From an uncultured Bacteroidia bacterium (lineage in GTDB: Bacteria; Bacteroidota; Bacteroidia; Palsa-948), in the NCBI GenBank assembly GCA_964481195.1, contig CAYZTB010000006.1, forward strand, positions 13,250 to 77,249: a stretch of DNA of 64,000 nt, in the 5' to 3' direction. Position numbers and translations under genes: made by a program. The notes under the pieces were generated by a model, which was not told the origin of the DNA, did no database searches, and saw nothing but the letters and a program-made list of their open reading frames with translations. Below are positions 47,226-58,246 of the stretch, piece by piece (positions within the stretch are counted from its first letter, which is position 1; each line of letters opens with the position of its first letter).

Positions 47226-49775
47226 GTGAAAATTGAAAATATAAAATATAATCTCTTAATTTTCTTTACTGGCTTACTGCTACTTGCTCCTCCTTTTCTT
47301 TTTTCACAGGAGACAAAAATTATTGGTAGAGTGTACGATGCTGTTACACGAGAACCTTTGCCTTTTGTAAATATTAAATATTCAAGTGGTAAGCCCTTCA
47401 CTACTACGGATGTAGATGGTAATTTTGTTTTAACAACGTTAATTCCTAGCGATAGTATCAGTGTTTCTTATATTGGTTATAAAACAAAAAAAATTGCTGT
47501 TAAGAAACTGGTTACTTCAACTATTAATATCTACATAGAAGTTGATCAATATACCTTAGGTGAGGTAGTAATTCTTCCGGGAGAAAATCCTGCGCATCGT
47601 ATTCTTAGAAAGGTGATAAAAAATAAGGATAATAACGACAAGGAAAAGCTTTCAGCATTTGAATATGAAGTGTATAATAAGATTGAATTTGATATGAATA
47701 ATATTCCGCCTCAATGGAAAGAGAAGAAACTATTAAAGCCAATCAAATTTGTATTTGACTACATTGACAGTACGAGTGTAACAGAAAAACCTTATCTGCC
47801 CTTGCTGTTATCTGAATCTATTTCTCAATATTACTTCAGAACAAGCCCTAGATTTAAAAAAGAAATTATCAAGGCTAGCAAAGTATCTGGTATGCAAGAC
47901 AAAAGCGTTTCTCAATTTATGGGAGAAATGTATCAGAATGTAAATATTTACGATAATAATATTTTAGTATTTGGTAAACAATTTCCCAGTCCTATATCAG
48001 ACAATGCACTTAATTATTATAAATTTTATTTGATTGACAGTGTATTTGTTGGAAATAGTCGTTGTTATCATTTGCAATTCAAACCTAGGCGCAAACAGGA
48101 ATTTGCTTTTTCTGGAAACATGTGGGTGGCAGATACCACTTTTGCGGTGAAGAGGTTAGAGATGAGTATTCCTTCTGAAGTAAATTTAAATTTTGTAAAA
48201 GCTCTAAATGTGATACAAGAGTACTCTTTTGTCCCCAACGAAAAGGATACTGCATTAGGTAATTGGATGTTAAGCCGAGATAGGTTAGTAGTTGATTTTA
48301 AAATTGACGATAATAGAAAAAAGCCCAAACAAGTTGGATTTTATGGAAGAAAAACTACTTCATATAAAAACTTTGTTTTAAATAAACCAAGAGATGCCGA
48401 GTTCTTTAATCGAATGGATAATTTATCTGTAGAGGACAGCGCATCAGTAAAAGATGAAAAATACTGGGCAAGCGCAAGGCATGATACGCTTTCAAGAAAT
48501 GAAAAACAGATTTATAAAATGGTGGATTCTATCAAGACTATGCCCATTTACAAAGCGTGGTATAATTGGATATATATATTTGTTACAGGATACAAAGAGG
48601 TTGGGATTTTCGAATTAGGTCCGTACTATAAAACATATAGCTTTAATCAAGTTGAAGGACATCGTTTGCGAGCAGGATTTAGAACATCCGATAAGTTTAG
48701 CAAAAACATGGAGTTTAGTGGCTATGGTGCTTATGGTTTAACCGATGAAAAATTTAAATATAATCTTGCGTTTAAATCATTTATAACTAAAAATCCCAGA
48801 CAGATAGTTTATCTCGATTATAAAGATGATCTTGAAATATTAGGGCAAAGTGCTAATGCATTTAGCAATGATAATATCTTGGCTACTGCTTTTCGTAGAA
48901 CACCTTTAAATAACATGACCAGTGTTCAACAAGCAAAAGTTGGATATGAATACGAGCCTTTCCAAGGATTTAACACAAAGCTGTTTTTGGTAAACAGAAT
49001 AATGTCTCCTAAAGGAATACAGCGATATGACTACTTAGATAATAACTTAGATACTGTCTCTTTAGGAAATATTATTTCATCCGAAGTTCGAGCATTTCTT
49101 CGATTTGCGTTTGATGAGAAATATATTTCTTACACGTTTACAAGAACAAGTACTGGTACCAGATATCCAGTGCTTTCACTTTACTATGCTTACGGTGGCA
49201 AAGGTATTTTAGGAAGCGATTATGAGTATCATAAAGTGACATTTAATTTAAGCGACCGTTTTCGAATTATGCCTTTATTAGGATATACAGACTATATTAT
49301 CGAGGCTGGAAAAGTATTTGGTAAAGTTCCTTTCCCGCTTTTAGAATTACATGGAGGAAATCAAACGGTTATTTATGATCCCTACGCATTTAATATGATG
49401 AATTTTTTTGAATTTGGTAGCGATCAATATTTGACAGTGCAAGCATTTCACCATTTTGATGGATTTTTTCTGAATCATATTCCTATCATGCGTAAGCTTA
49501 AATGGCGTGAAGTGATTACAGCAAAAGCATTAATTGGCAGTGTAGAAAAGAAAAATGAAAATCTGTTAATATTTCCTGCCACTTTAAGTAATATCAACAA
49601 AGGACCATACTATGAAGTGAGTGCCGGGATTGAAAATATATTTAAGGTTTTTAGAATCGATGCCTTGTGGAGGCTTTCATACATTGATTCTGCCTACGAA
49701 TTAGCGTATAAAGCTAAGGGAGGCGGTAGTATCCCTAAGTTTGGAATCCGTTGGAGTATGCAAGTGACTTTTTAG
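47226..49775 (+). CDS. DUF5686 plus carboxypeptidase-regulatory-like (CarboxypepD_reg) domain protein
   Basis: The ORF is open from 47091, overlapping tatC. The in-frame GTG at 47226 gives a signal peptide (VKIENIKYNLLIFFTGLLLLAPPFLFSQE) immediately followed by IIGRVYDAVTREPLPFVNIKYSSGKPFTTTDVDGNFVL (CarboxypepD_reg-like). The roughly 800 aa size matches the widespread Bacteroidota DUF5686 family. Confidence 0.65.
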   Translation: MKIENIKYNLLIFFTGLLLLAPPFLFSQETKIIGRVYDAVTREPLPFVNIKYSSGKPFTTTDVDGNFVLTTLIPSDSISVSYIGYKTKKIAVKKLVTSTINIYIEVDQYTLGEVVILPGENPAHRILRKVIKNKDNNDKEKLSAFEYEVYNKIEFDMNNIPPQWKEKKLLKPIKFVFDYIDSTSVTEKPYLPLLLSESISQYYFRTSPRFKKEIIKASKVSGMQDKSVSQFMGEMYQNVNIYDNNILVFGKQFPSPISDNALNYYKFYLIDSVFVGNSRCYHLQFKPRRKQEFAFSGNMWVADTTFAVKRLEMSIPSEVNLNFVKALNVIQEYSFVPNEKDTALGNWMLSRDRLVVDFKIDDNRKKPKQVGFYGRKTTSYKNFVLNKPRDAEFFNRMDNLSVEDSASVKDEKYWASARHDTLSRNEKQIYKMVDSIKTMPIYKAWYNWIYIFVTGYKEVGIFELGPYYKTYSFNQVEGHRLRAGFRTSDKFSKNMEFSGYGAYGLTDEKFKYNLAFKSFITKNPRQIVYLDYKDDLEILGQSANAFSNDNILATAFRRTPLNNMTSVQQAKVGYEYEPFQGFNTKLFLVNRIMSPKGIQRYDYLDNNLDTVSLGNIISSEVRAFLRFAFDEKYISYTFTRTSTGTRYPVLSLYYAYGGKGILGSDYEYHKVTFNLSDRFRIMPLLGYTDYIIEAGKVFGKVPFPLLELHGGNQTVIYDPYAFNMMNFFEFGSDQYLTVQAFHHFDGFFLNHIPIMRKLKWREVITAKALIGSVEKKNENLLIFPATLSNINKGPYYEVSAGIENIFKVFRIDALWRLSYIDSAYELAYKAKGGGSIPKFGIRWSMQVTF

Positions 49776-49828
49776 TTGTATAAGGCAAGTGTAAATTTGT
49801 ATTTTCGTATAGCATATATTATAAGCAT

Positions 49829-50551
49829 ATGATATTAAGAACAGATAATTTAATTAAGAAATACAAGTCTCGCATTGTAGTAAATAAAGTTTCTGTTGAA
49901 GTGAAACAAGGTGAGATTGTTGGTTTGCTTGGTCCAAATGGAGCAGGGAAGACCACTACTTTTTACATGACTGTTGGATTGATAAAACCAAATGAAGGTT
50001 CTATTTTTTTAGAAGATAAAGACATAACTGCTGAGCCCATGTATAAGCGCGCTCAATTAGGAATTGGTTATTTACCACAAGAAGCTTCGGTATTTAGAAA
50101 ACTTTCTGTTGAAGATAACATCAAAGCAATCCTTGAAATGACAAAGTTGAATAAGCAAGAACAAAGTGCAAAATTGGAAAGTTTACTTGATGAGTTTGGG
50201 CTAAATAAAATTAGAAAGAGCAATGGCGATGTTCTTTCGGGTGGAGAGAGAAGAAGAACAGAAATTGCTCGTTGTTTAGCAACCGACCCGGGTTTTATTT
50301 TGTTAGACGAACCTTTTGCTGGGATCGATCCAATTGCGGTTGAGGATATTCAGCAAATAATTCGCAAGCTAAAAGAAAAAAATATTGGAATTCTAATAAC
50401 GGATCATAACGTTCACGAAACGCTCACTATTACTGATCGCGCTTATTTACTTTTTGAAGGCAGTATTCTTAAATCAGGAACTGCTCAGGAACTTGCTGAT
50501 GATGAGCAAGTTAGAAAGGTGTATTTAGGTAAGAATTTTGAGTTGAGGTAA
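49829..50551 (+). CDS. lptB: LPS export ABC transporter ATP-binding protein
   Basis: 240 aa. Walker [10 protein letters not shown], signature LSGGERRR, Walker B ILLDEP, with a characteristic LptB N-terminus ([33 protein letters not shown]). Confidence 0.85.
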   Translation: MILRTDNLIKKYKSRIVVNKVSVEVKQGEIVGLLGPNGAGKTTTFYMTVGLIKPNEGSIFLEDKDITAEPMYKRAQLGIGYLPQEASVFRKLSVEDNIKAILEMTKLNKQEQSAKLESLLDEFGLNKIRKSNGDVLSGGERRRTEIARCLATDPGFILLDEPFAGIDPIAVEDIQQIIRKLKEKNIGILITDHNVHETLTITDRAYLLFEGSILKSGTAQELADDEQVRKVYLGKNFELR

Positions 50552-53236
50552 TTAACCTCCAATCAGTTTTTTAATCTCATTCAATTTCATTAACGCCTCA
50601 ACTGGGGTAAGGGTATTAATGTCCGTTTTAAGAATATCATCTTTTATCTGAGATAATACAGGGTCGTCTAATTGGAAGAAGGAGAGCTGCATTGCTCCCT
50701 CTGACTCCCCCAAAGGGGGAGAGCTTGAGCGAGTAGCTTGGCTTCCACTCGCTACTTTTGTTTGTTTTTGTAAGGGTTGTGATTGGTTTTTGTTTTCCAA
50801 CGTTGCCAATATTTCATTTGCTCTGTCAACTACTTTTTTTGGAACTCCTGCCATTTTAGCAACATGAATTCCAAAGCTGTGTTCGCTGCCACCTGGAACC
50901 AACTTGCGCATAAAAATTATTTTATTGTCAATTTCTTTTACGGACACATTAAAATTTTTAATGCGAGGCATCGTGTTTTCCATTTCATTCAGCTCGTGAT
51001 AATGGGTAGCAAAAAGTGTTTTGGGCTTAGTAGGACTATTATGCAAGTACTCGGCAATGGCCCAAGCAATAGAAATGCCATCGTAGGTACTGGTGCCTCT
51101 TCCAATTTCATCCAATAGAATAAGACTTCTATCCGATAAATTATTCAAAATGCTGGCAGTCTCATTCATTTCTACCATAAAAGTAGATTCGCCATGAGAT
51201 ATATTATCGGATGCGCCTACGCGCGTAAAAATTTTATCTACCAACCCAATTTCTGCCTGTTGTGCCGGTACAAAGCCTCCTATTTGTGCCATAATAGTTA
51301 TTAAGGCCGTTTGTCGTAGCAAGGCAGATTTACCTGACATGTTAGGTCCGGTTATCATGATAATCTGTTGCTTTTCGTTGTCAAGATAAACATCGTTGGT
51401 TATATATTCAATACCTATTGGCAATTGCTTTTCAATAACAGGATGCCTGCCGTTTTTAATATCTAGTATTTTGCTTTCGTTAATATGTGGTCGTACATAA
51501 TTATTTTTACTTGCAGTTTGCGCAAAGGACAACAAGCAATCCAGTCTTGCAATTAGACTTGCATTTAACTGAATAGGAGGGATGTAGTCTGTTAAAGATA
51601 ATACGAGGTCGTTGAAGAGCTTTGCCTCAAGTGTTTGTATTTTGCCTTCTGCGCCTAATATTTTTTCTTCGTATTGTTTTAACTCCTCGGTTATATAACG
51701 TTCGCAGTTAGATAGTGTTTGTTTTCGAATCCAATCTGTTGGAGCTTTGTCCTTATGTGAATTAGTAACTTCCAAATAATAGCCAAATACATTATTAAAG
51801 CTTACTTTCAAGGAACCTATTCCTGTACGTTCACTTTCTCTATGCTGAATTTCAAGTAAATAGTTTTTTCCAGAAGCCATTATTTTTCTAAGCTCATCTA
51901 GTTCTGTGTTTACTCCTTCGGCAATCACAGTTCCCTTGTGAAGCATGGGAGGTGGGTCGGGAACAATTTCTTTTTCGATGCGAGCGCGAATGAGAAGGCA
52001 GGGATTTAATTGCTCGCTGATCTTTTTTAAGGCAGTATTCTTATCTGGTGCAGACTGGCACAGCAACTTAATTTCTTCTACAGCACTTAGTCCTCTTTTT
52101 AAATGTGCTACTTCTCTTGGTGATACGCGTCCAGTAGCTACTTTAGATATTAATCGTTCCAAGTCTCCAACTAACTGGACTTTCTCGCCAATCTTTTCAG
52201 CAAGCGAAGTGTTTTTTAAGAAAAGGTCAACAGTGTTTAGCCTCTCTTCAATAGGGGCTTTATCTTTTAAAGGCATCGCTAGCCATCGCTTCATCATCCT
52301 GGAGCCCATGGGAGAGATGGTGTTGTCAATAATATCGATAAGTGTTTTAGCATTTTCGTTGGGCGACCAGAATAGCTCTAGGTTGCGTATAGTGAACTTA
52401 TCTAACCATACGTAATGATCTTCTTCAATTCTAGATATAGATTGAATATGCTGCACTCTGTCATGCTGTGTAGCAGCTAAGTAATGCAAGGCTGCGCCAG
52501 CCGATATGATGCCGAGGTTTAAGTTGTCAATCCCAAAACCTTTTAAAGAATTGGTGTCAAATTGTTTAAGTAGTACTTCGTTAGAAAAGTCTGCTTTAAA
52601 TATCCATTCGTCTAATCCGTAAGAGTAAAATTTGTCACCAAAATGGTCTATGAATTGATTCTTCTTATTTTTCTGAAAAAGTATTTCGCTGGGTTTGAAA
52701 TTTTGTAAGAGTTTATCTATATATTCGATAGTGCCTTCGGCAACAAAAAACTCCCCCGTTGAAATGTCAAGGAATGACACACCGGCATTTTTATTATCAA
52801 AATGAACAGCAGCTAGGAAGTTATTTGCTTTATGATCTAGAATTTTATCATTGTATGAAACTCCGGGTGTAACTAACTCTGTAACTCCGCGTTTTACAAT
52901 TGTTTTAGTGAGCTTTGGATCTTCCAATTGATCGCAAATAGCTACGCGGTGTCCACCTCTAACAAGCTTTGGTAGATAAGTGTCCAGCGAATGATATGGG
53001 AACCCAGCAAGCTCAATATCCGAAGCTGCTCCGTTCTTGCGTTTTGTTAATGTTATGCCAAGTGTAGAAGCTGTTTTAATAGCATCTTCTCCAAAGGTTT
53101 CATAAAAATCGCCTATCCTGAACAGAAGAAGTGCGTCAGGATATTTAGCTTTTATAGCAGTATACTGTCGCATTAAAGGAGTTTCAGAGTCGGACTCACT
53201 TTTTGCTTTGGAGGGCTTGTTTTTTATAACAGTCAT
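50552..53236 (-). CDS. mutS: DNA mismatch repair protein MutS
   Basis: 894 aa. N-terminal mismatch-binding [34 protein letters not shown] (the Phe of the conserved F-x-E motif is present), Walker A GPNMSGKS, and C-terminal HTH/dimerisation region. An in-frame GC-rich palindromic segment lies in the C-terminal linker (see findings). Confidence 0.95.
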   Translation of the reverse strand: MTVIKNKPSKAKSESDSETPLMRQYTAIKAKYPDALLLFRIGDFYETFGEDAIKTASTLGITLTKRKNGAASDIELAGFPYHSLDTYLPKLVRGGHRVAICDQLEDPKLTKTIVKRGVTELVTPGVSYNDKILDHKANNFLAAVHFDNKNAGVSFLDISTGEFFVAEGTIEYIDKLLQNFKPSEILFQKNKKNQFIDHFGDKFYSYGLDEWIFKADFSNEVLLKQFDTNSLKGFGIDNLNLGIISAGAALHYLAATQHDRVQHIQSISRIEEDHYVWLDKFTIRNLELFWSPNENAKTLIDIIDNTISPMGSRMMKRWLAMPLKDKAPIEERLNTVDLFLKNTSLAEKIGEKVQLVGDLERLISKVATGRVSPREVAHLKRGLSAVEEIKLLCQSAPDKNTALKKISEQLNPCLLIRARIEKEIVPDPPPMLHKGTVIAEGVNTELDELRKIMASGKNYLLEIQHRESERTGIGSLKVSFNNVFGYYLEVTNSHKDKAPTDWIRKQTLSNCERYITEELKQYEEKILGAEGKIQTLEAKLFNDLVLSLTDYIPPIQLNASLIARLDCLLSFAQTASKNNYVRPHINESKILDIKNGRHPVIEKQLPIGIEYITNDVYLDNEKQQIIMITGPNMSGKSALLRQTALITIMAQIGGFVPAQQAEIGLVDKIFTRVGASDNISHGESTFMVEMNETASILNNLSDRSLILLDEIGRGTSTYDGISIAWAIAEYLHNSPTKPKTLFATHYHELNEMENTMPRIKNFNVSVKEIDNKIIFMRKLVPGGSEHSFGIHVAKMAGVPKKVVDRANEILATLENKNQSQPLQKQTKVASGSQATRSSSPPLGESEGAMQLSFFQLDDPVLSQIKDDILKTDINTLTPVEALMKLNEIKKLIGG

Positions 53237-53346
53237 CAGGTTACTAATATACTAATGAATGACGAAAAGGTGAATGGTATTTGGTTGCAGATTTCATTTT
53301 TTGTAAACATCATATTTGTATCTTGGCTTTTATTATAAATATATTT

Positions 53347-53880
53347 ATGCGAAAATTAAAAAATGATGAGTTGAGTAGACTATCCCTTTATGAATTTCAA
53401 AAAAGCAAGAAATTGCCTATTATTATTGTATTAGATAATGTTAGAAGTGCTTATAATGTAGGTTCTATATTTCGAACTGCTGATGGGTTTCCTGTAGAAG
53501 CTATTCACTTATGTGGTATCACCGGATATCCTCCGCATAAAGAAATCCTTAAAACTGCTTTGGGCGCAACAGATACTGTAACATGGAGCTATTTTAAAAC
53601 CACTTTGGAGTCTGTTTTAGAGCTAAAAAATTCTGGTTATAAAGTTTTTGCTGTTGAGCAAGCAGAAGGTAGTATGATACTAGATAATATGCCTAGCACT
53701 TTATTAAATGGTGATAAAATTGCTTTGGTGTTTGGACACGAAGTTAATGGTGTACAGCAAGAGGTAATTGATTTATGTGATGGCTGTATTGAAATACCTC
53801 AGGGGGGCACTAAACATTCTTTAAATATTTCGGTTAGTGCAGGAGTAGTACTCTGGGAGTTTTTTAGAAAACCTCGTTAA
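53347..53880 (+). CDS. TrmH/SpoU-family RNA 2'-O-methyltransferase (short, about 177 aa form)
   Basis: The ORF is open from 53281. The Met at 53347 is preferred because it follows a promoter-like AT-rich stretch. SPOUT motifs: LDNVRSAYNVGSIFRTADGF, VFGHEVNGV and IPQGGTKHSLNISVSAGVVLWE. Confidence 0.75.
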   Translation: MRKLKNDELSRLSLYEFQKSKKLPIIIVLDNVRSAYNVGSIFRTADGFPVEAIHLCGITGYPPHKEILKTALGATDTVTWSYFKTTLESVLELKNSGYKVFAVEQAEGSMILDNMPSTLLNGDKIALVFGHEVNGVQQEVIDLCDGCIEIPQGGTKHSLNISVSAGVVLWEFFRKPR

Positions 53881-53905
53881 AATCTAATTTTGTTACAATA
53901 AAAAA

Positions 53906-53927
53906 ACCCGTACAAAAATGTACGGGT
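53906..53927. terminator. Bidirectional rho-independent terminator (ACCCGTACA-aaaa-TGTACGGGT) between the convergent TrmH-family gene and the lipoprotein gene
   Basis: Perfect 9 bp stem with a 4 nt loop. An A7 run lies immediately 5' and a T-rich tract lies 3', so a hairpin plus U-tract forms on either strand. Confidence 0.75.
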
Positions 53928-53952
53928 TTAGTAAGTTTTTTATTTGAATTAA

Positions 53953-55698
53953 TTATCCAACTAATCCTTTGAAATCAGCATTGTCTCTGAATTTAAAGAA
54001 TTCTAAATCTTCTTTTGCTTTGCTCTTGAAAGAAGCATCTTTGCTGATTGCAATCTTTAAATTATTATTTAACATAGTAGCGTCATCTTTTCTAGCTCCA
54101 ACAATAGCTTTCAAGTAGTAAGAAAGAGCGTCTTCTTTTTCAGGACTTGCATCAATTGTTGTTAGTGCGCCATCTCCATTACCTGCAAGAACTTTTGCCA
54201 ATGCAGCGTTGAATGAATTTTCAGATCCGTAGTTTGTAACAGCATCAGGGTACTTACCATCACGAATATTGATGTTACCTTTGTTATGGCTAACTTCTGC
54301 GCTTGAACCAGCTTTGTCGTAAAACTCCATAGCTGCTTTTCTATCTCCTTTCCAATTTACTAATATACCAAGGTTGTTCATTACCTCAGGAGCTGGTGAT
54401 AAACCTTTTGCTTTATCTAAAGCAGTTTGAGCTTCTGATGGTTTGTTTAATAGGATATTAGCATAACCAATTCCGTTAGAACATCTCCAATCTGTAGCAC
54501 CATATAAGCGATCTGCGTTTTTGTAAATATTAAGTTTAGTATTTACATCATTTGTAAGTGTAGCAGCATATAAAATCTCATCGTTAGCTAAGCTATCTGG
54601 GTATGTACCGGCTAACTTAGAAATTTCAGCATCTGGTCTGCTAAGTTGCTCGCAATTCCATGTAGTAACACTTCTGCGTAATTTAGGAAGAATTGTTTCA
54701 GCTACTTCTTTATACGTAGCAGATAGATTTTTTATTTCCGATTCACGTTTTACACCATCAGGATACATTTCAAGAACACGTAGAATTAGTTCTTTGTCTT
54801 TTATGCTAGAAACTTGCATAAGCTTTTTAAAGCCATCCCAATCTTCCGCAGTTGTAGCGGTAGTATAAAACGTAGTAACTTCAGCACCAGGGATTAATTG
54901 ATTTTTATCTTTTTGCTTATTTTTAGCCATGCTTGAAAAATAATTAACCGAGTTTTTAGCTCTGTTAGTAGCAAGGTCTTCATTCAAGGATAACTCTCCA
55001 TCTGGCGAAGCATACGCAGAGATGCTTGCACTCTTAAATTGAAATCTTTTAGCTATGCGCTTTTCTTCAAAGAATTTTTTAGAAGCCTTCATGCTTTCGT
55101 TACTAGCTTCAGAAGGACGTACGTTTGATGTGTTTACTAAAAAGAATATTTCTGAAACTTGAGTAACAGGGTATGACTTTTTAAAGTTATGATCACCTAC
55201 TAGAGGCTTCTCATCATTCTTAACTAATAGAGGAGTAATGATAGTACCATCCGCAATTTTTTTATCTGGGAAGTCTTTAGTTTTGCTACCTTTTTTTCCT
55301 TGAATTTTTAGAACAAGTTCGCAGTTCTTCATTTCAGGAATATAGGCGGTTTTGTCAGAATAAGAAAAATTTCCACCTTCTTTAAAAACTACCACTTTGC
55401 CACTTCCAACTTTTACTTTTTCTCCTTGTACTTCAACTGGCTTAAGGGCTTTTTCGCCTCCATTATACTTTAATACAGGGGTAATTGTAATTGAAACTTT
55501 TTTAGCAAAATATTTAGGATCATACTTGCCGCTAACATTAGCAACAACGGTATCGCCATGCATTTCAAGTGGACTAGGCTTAACTTCATATTTAACCATC
55601 TTGTCATACTTTTTCATCATAGATCCCAGGCCAGCACACGAAGAAAGGCCTGCTACGGCTAGGAGTGATAAAGCAACATTTTGGATTTGATTTTTCAT
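53953..55698 (-). CDS. Hypothetical lipoprotein with an internal OmpA-like motif and a TPR-like C-terminal region
   Basis: 581 aa. Lipobox LSSCAG. Mid-protein AYASPDGELSLNEDLATNRAKNSVNYF resembles the OmpA_C peptidoglycan-binding motif. C-terminal third is helical repeat-like. Confidence 0.45.
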   Translation of the reverse strand: MKNQIQNVALSLLAVAGLSSCAGLGSMMKKYDKMVKYEVKPSPLEMHGDTVVANVSGKYDPKYFAKKVSITITPVLKYNGGEKALKPVEVQGEKVKVGSGKVVVFKEGGNFSYSDKTAYIPEMKNCELVLKIQGKKGSKTKDFPDKKIADGTIITPLLVKNDEKPLVGDHNFKKSYPVTQVSEIFFLVNTSNVRPSEASNESMKASKKFFEEKRIAKRFQFKSASISAYASPDGELSLNEDLATNRAKNSVNYFSSMAKNKQKDKNQLIPGAEVTTFYTTATTAEDWDGFKKLMQVSSIKDKELILRVLEMYPDGVKRESEIKNLSATYKEVAETILPKLRRSVTTWNCEQLSRPDAEISKLAGTYPDSLANDEILYAATLTNDVNTKLNIYKNADRLYGATDWRCSNGIGYANILLNKPSEAQTALDKAKGLSPAPEVMNNLGILVNWKGDRKAAMEFYDKAGSSAEVSHNKGNINIRDGKYPDAVTNYGSENSFNAALAKVLAGNGDGALTTIDASPEKEDALSYYLKAIVGARKDDATMLNNNLKIAISKDASFKSKAKEDLEFFKFRDNADFKGLVG

Positions 55699-55865
55699 AT
55701 TTAATTAATTAAAGGGTTTTGTTTCAGGGGATTGATTTCTGTTTTGAATTGATGCAAAAGTAATTATTTTTTGCATAATCCAACTTTATTTATCACTTTC
55801 TAGTGTAAATAAAATCATCAAAATATTATTAAAAACGAACAAGTTGTTTAAATATATGCTAAAAT

Positions 55866-56354
55866 TCATTGTTCTGGCAAAATGTTAACTTCCAATTCAT
55901 CTTTACACGCTAATAGCAAGTTTTTGATTGATTTTTCAATCGTGGGATGAATGAAATTTTCTGCTATTTGAGCAAGTGGGATTAATGCGAATTTTCGTTC
56001 GTGTAAAAATGGGTGAGGTACAGTTAGAGATTCGGAATTTAGAATTTCAGAGTTAAAAAAGAGAATGTCAATATCTATTGTTCGCGAGTCCCATTTTTTG
56101 GTTCTTGTTCTCCCGAGTTTCTTTTCTATGTTCAATATTTTTGCTAATAGAGTTTCGGCATTTAATAACGTATCCAATTCTATAACTTGATTTAAAAAAT
56201 TAGCTTGATCTTTTTTTCCCCAAGGTGCTGTACTATAAATGGATGAGGTATTTAATATTTCGCCAGTTTCTGCTAGTAGGTAGTTTTTTGCCTGATCTAA
56301 GAAAAGTTTCCGATCTCCTTTGTTGCTTCCTAAGAGTAAGTATGCCTTATTCAT
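55866..56354 (-). CDS. folK: 2-amino-4-hydroxy-6-hydroxymethyldihydropteridine diphosphokinase (HPPK)
   Basis: 162 aa. AYLLLGSNKGDR, SSIYSTAPWG and RTIDIDILF are HPPK hallmarks. Confidence 0.85.
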   Translation of the reverse strand: MNKAYLLLGSNKGDRKLFLDQAKNYLLAETGEILNTSSIYSTAPWGKKDQANFLNQVIELDTLLNAETLLAKILNIEKKLGRTRTKKWDSRTIDIDILFFNSEILNSESLTVPHPFLHERKFALIPLAQIAENFIHPTIEKSIKNLLLACKDELEVNILPEQ

Positions 56355-56461
56355 ATTTATTAGGTAAAAATACTAAATTGAGTTTCTGATATAGTATAAA
56401 TATTTGTTTGCTTTTTTCTGTAAGTTTGCTACAAATAATATTCATCTAATAATTAAATCAA

Positions 56462-58246
56462 ATGAAATCATTTTGGGGATCTTTTTTAGGAACTTTGGTT
56501 GGTGTTTTTGTTACCACCATTTTTATTTTTCTTATAGTAATTGGAGTTATAGCATCCTCCGTTTCTAGCATATCAGAAAAAAAAGATAAAACTATTAAGG
56601 TAAAAGAGAACTCAGTGTTGCATGTGAAATTTGGAGGCGAAATTCCTGAACGATCTTCGAATAATCCTTTTTCGAATTTTTCTTTTGCTGGTAATTTTGA
56701 AAAAACGCCTATTGGCTTGAATGATATTATTTCAAATATTGAAAAAGCCAAAAACGATGATCATATAAAAGGTATTTACTTGGATATTTCTTCAATCCCT
56801 GCCGGCATAGCTACATTAGAAGAAATCAGAAATGCACTTTTGGATTTTAAATTGTCTAAAAAATTTATTGTTTCTTATAGCGAAGGTTACGCTCAGGGCG
56901 CGTATTATTTAGCTACTGTTTCTGATAAAATATATTTAAATCCGGAAGGCTCTGTTGATTTTAAAGGGTTAAGCAGAGAGGTGATGTTTTTTAAGAACAT
57001 GCTTAGTAAGCTGGATATTGAAATGCAGATTTTTAGACATGGAAAATTTAAAAGTGCTACAGAACCTTTCTTTTTAGAAAAGATGAGTAATGAAAGTAGG
57101 GAGCAAACCAGTACTTATGTTAATGGAGTTTGGGATTATATTTTAGAAGGCATCTCTAGGCAAAGGGGCATCTCTGTTGATGAGTTAAATAACTATGCTG
57201 ATAAAATGCTTATTACTGACGCTGAGAGCTCACTTCAATATAAATTAGTGGATCAAATAGTATATAAAGATGAGATGTTGGATATTCTTAAAGATTTGAC
57301 AGAAGCTAAATCTGCCGAAAAAATTAATTATGTGGACATGCACAAGTATAAACATGCGCCAAATAAAAATGAATCTAAATTTTCTAAAACAAAAATTGCA
57401 GTGGTATATGCATCAGGAAGTATTGAGAGTGGGGAAGGGGATGAGCAAACCATAGGTTCCGAAGGCATTTCTAAAGCAATTCGTTCTGCACGATTAGACA
57501 GTAATGTAAAGGCGCTTGTGTTGAGAGTTAATTCGCCAGGTGGAAGTGCGCTTGCTTCGGATGTAATTTGGAGAGAAATGGTGTTGTGTAAAAAAGTTAA
57601 ACCTGTGGTAGTTTCTATGGGAGATGTTGCTGCTTCGGGTGGATATTATATTGCTTGTGCAGCAGATGCTGTGTTTGCTCATCAAAATACTATTACAGGA
57701 TCAATCGGTGTGTTTGGTGTTTTCCCAAACATGCAAAAGCTATTTGAAAATAAATTAGGCATCACAGTTGATACTGTAAATACTAACAAGCATTCAGATA
57801 TAATGTCAATATATCGACCTGTTGCAAAAGAAGAAGGCGAGGTTATTCAAAAATGGATTGAGAATGTGTACCAAGGTTTTATTGGAAAAGTTGCAGCAGG
57901 AAGAGGTATGTCTGTTGCAGCAATAGATAGTATTGGACAAGGAAGAGTTTGGTGTGGTTTAGACGCTAAAAAAATCGGTCTGGTAGATGAGTTTGGTGGG
58001 CTAAAAGATGCTATTGCTCTTGCAGCTAAAAAAGCAAATATTCAAGATTATAATTTGTTGGAATTGCCAGTCCAAAAAGATCCTTTAGAGAAATTGATGA
58101 ATAATCTTTTCGACCAAGAATCGGTTGTGGAGAGCAAGCTTAAGAAAGAGTTTGGTGCATCATACGACAATTACCAACGACTAAGAAATACAATGAAGTA
58201 TAAAGGGGTGCAAATGAGATTGCCTTACGATGTAGTAATCTATTGA
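56462..58246 (+). CDS. sppA: Signal peptide peptidase SppA (67K-type, duplicated S49 domains)
   Basis: 594 aa with an N-terminal TM anchor and two S49 halves. The second half has catalytic Ser in GDVAASGGYYIA and Lys in the FHRGKFKS-like region. Confidence 0.8.
   Translation: MKSFWGSFLGTLVGVFVTTIFIFLIVIGVIASSVSSISEKKDKTIKVKENSVLHVKFGGEIPERSSNNPFSNFSFAGNFEKTPIGLNDIISNIEKAKNDDHIKGIYLDISSIPAGIATLEEIRNALLDFKLSKKFIVSYSEGYAQGAYYLATVSDKIYLNPEGSVDFKGLSREVMFFKNMLSKLDIEMQIFRHGKFKSATEPFFLEKMSNESREQTSTYVNGVWDYILEGISRQRGISVDELNNYADKMLITDAESSLQYKLVDQIVYKDEMLDILKDLTEAKSAEKINYVDMHKYKHAPNKNESKFSKTKIAVVYASGSIESGEGDEQTIGSEGISKAIRSARLDSNVKALVLRVNSPGGSALASDVIWREMVLCKKVKPVVVSMGDVAASGGYYIACAADAVFAHQNTITGSIGVFGVFPNMQKLFENKLGITVDTVNTNKHSDIMSIYRPVAKEEGEVIQKWIENVYQGFIGKVAAGRGMSVAAIDSIGQGRVWCGLDAKKIGLVDEFGGLKDAIALAAKKANIQDYNLLELPVQKDPLEKLMNNLFDQESVVESKLKKEFGASYDNYQRLRNTMKYKGVQMRLPYDVVIY

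Noticed and set aside
53281-53346. 22-codon upstream extension of the TrmH-family ORF
   Set aside because: The extension is hydrophobic and non-conserved-looking, and overlaps the likely promoter of the gene. The Met at 53347 yields a standard-length SPOUT protein.
55752-55776. AT-rich hairpin ATGCAAAAG-(loop)-TTTTGCAT downstream of folK as an intrinsic terminator
   Set aside because: The stem is almost entirely A:T and there is no clear U-tract on the folK (minus) strand, so the predicted stability is too low to call a terminator.
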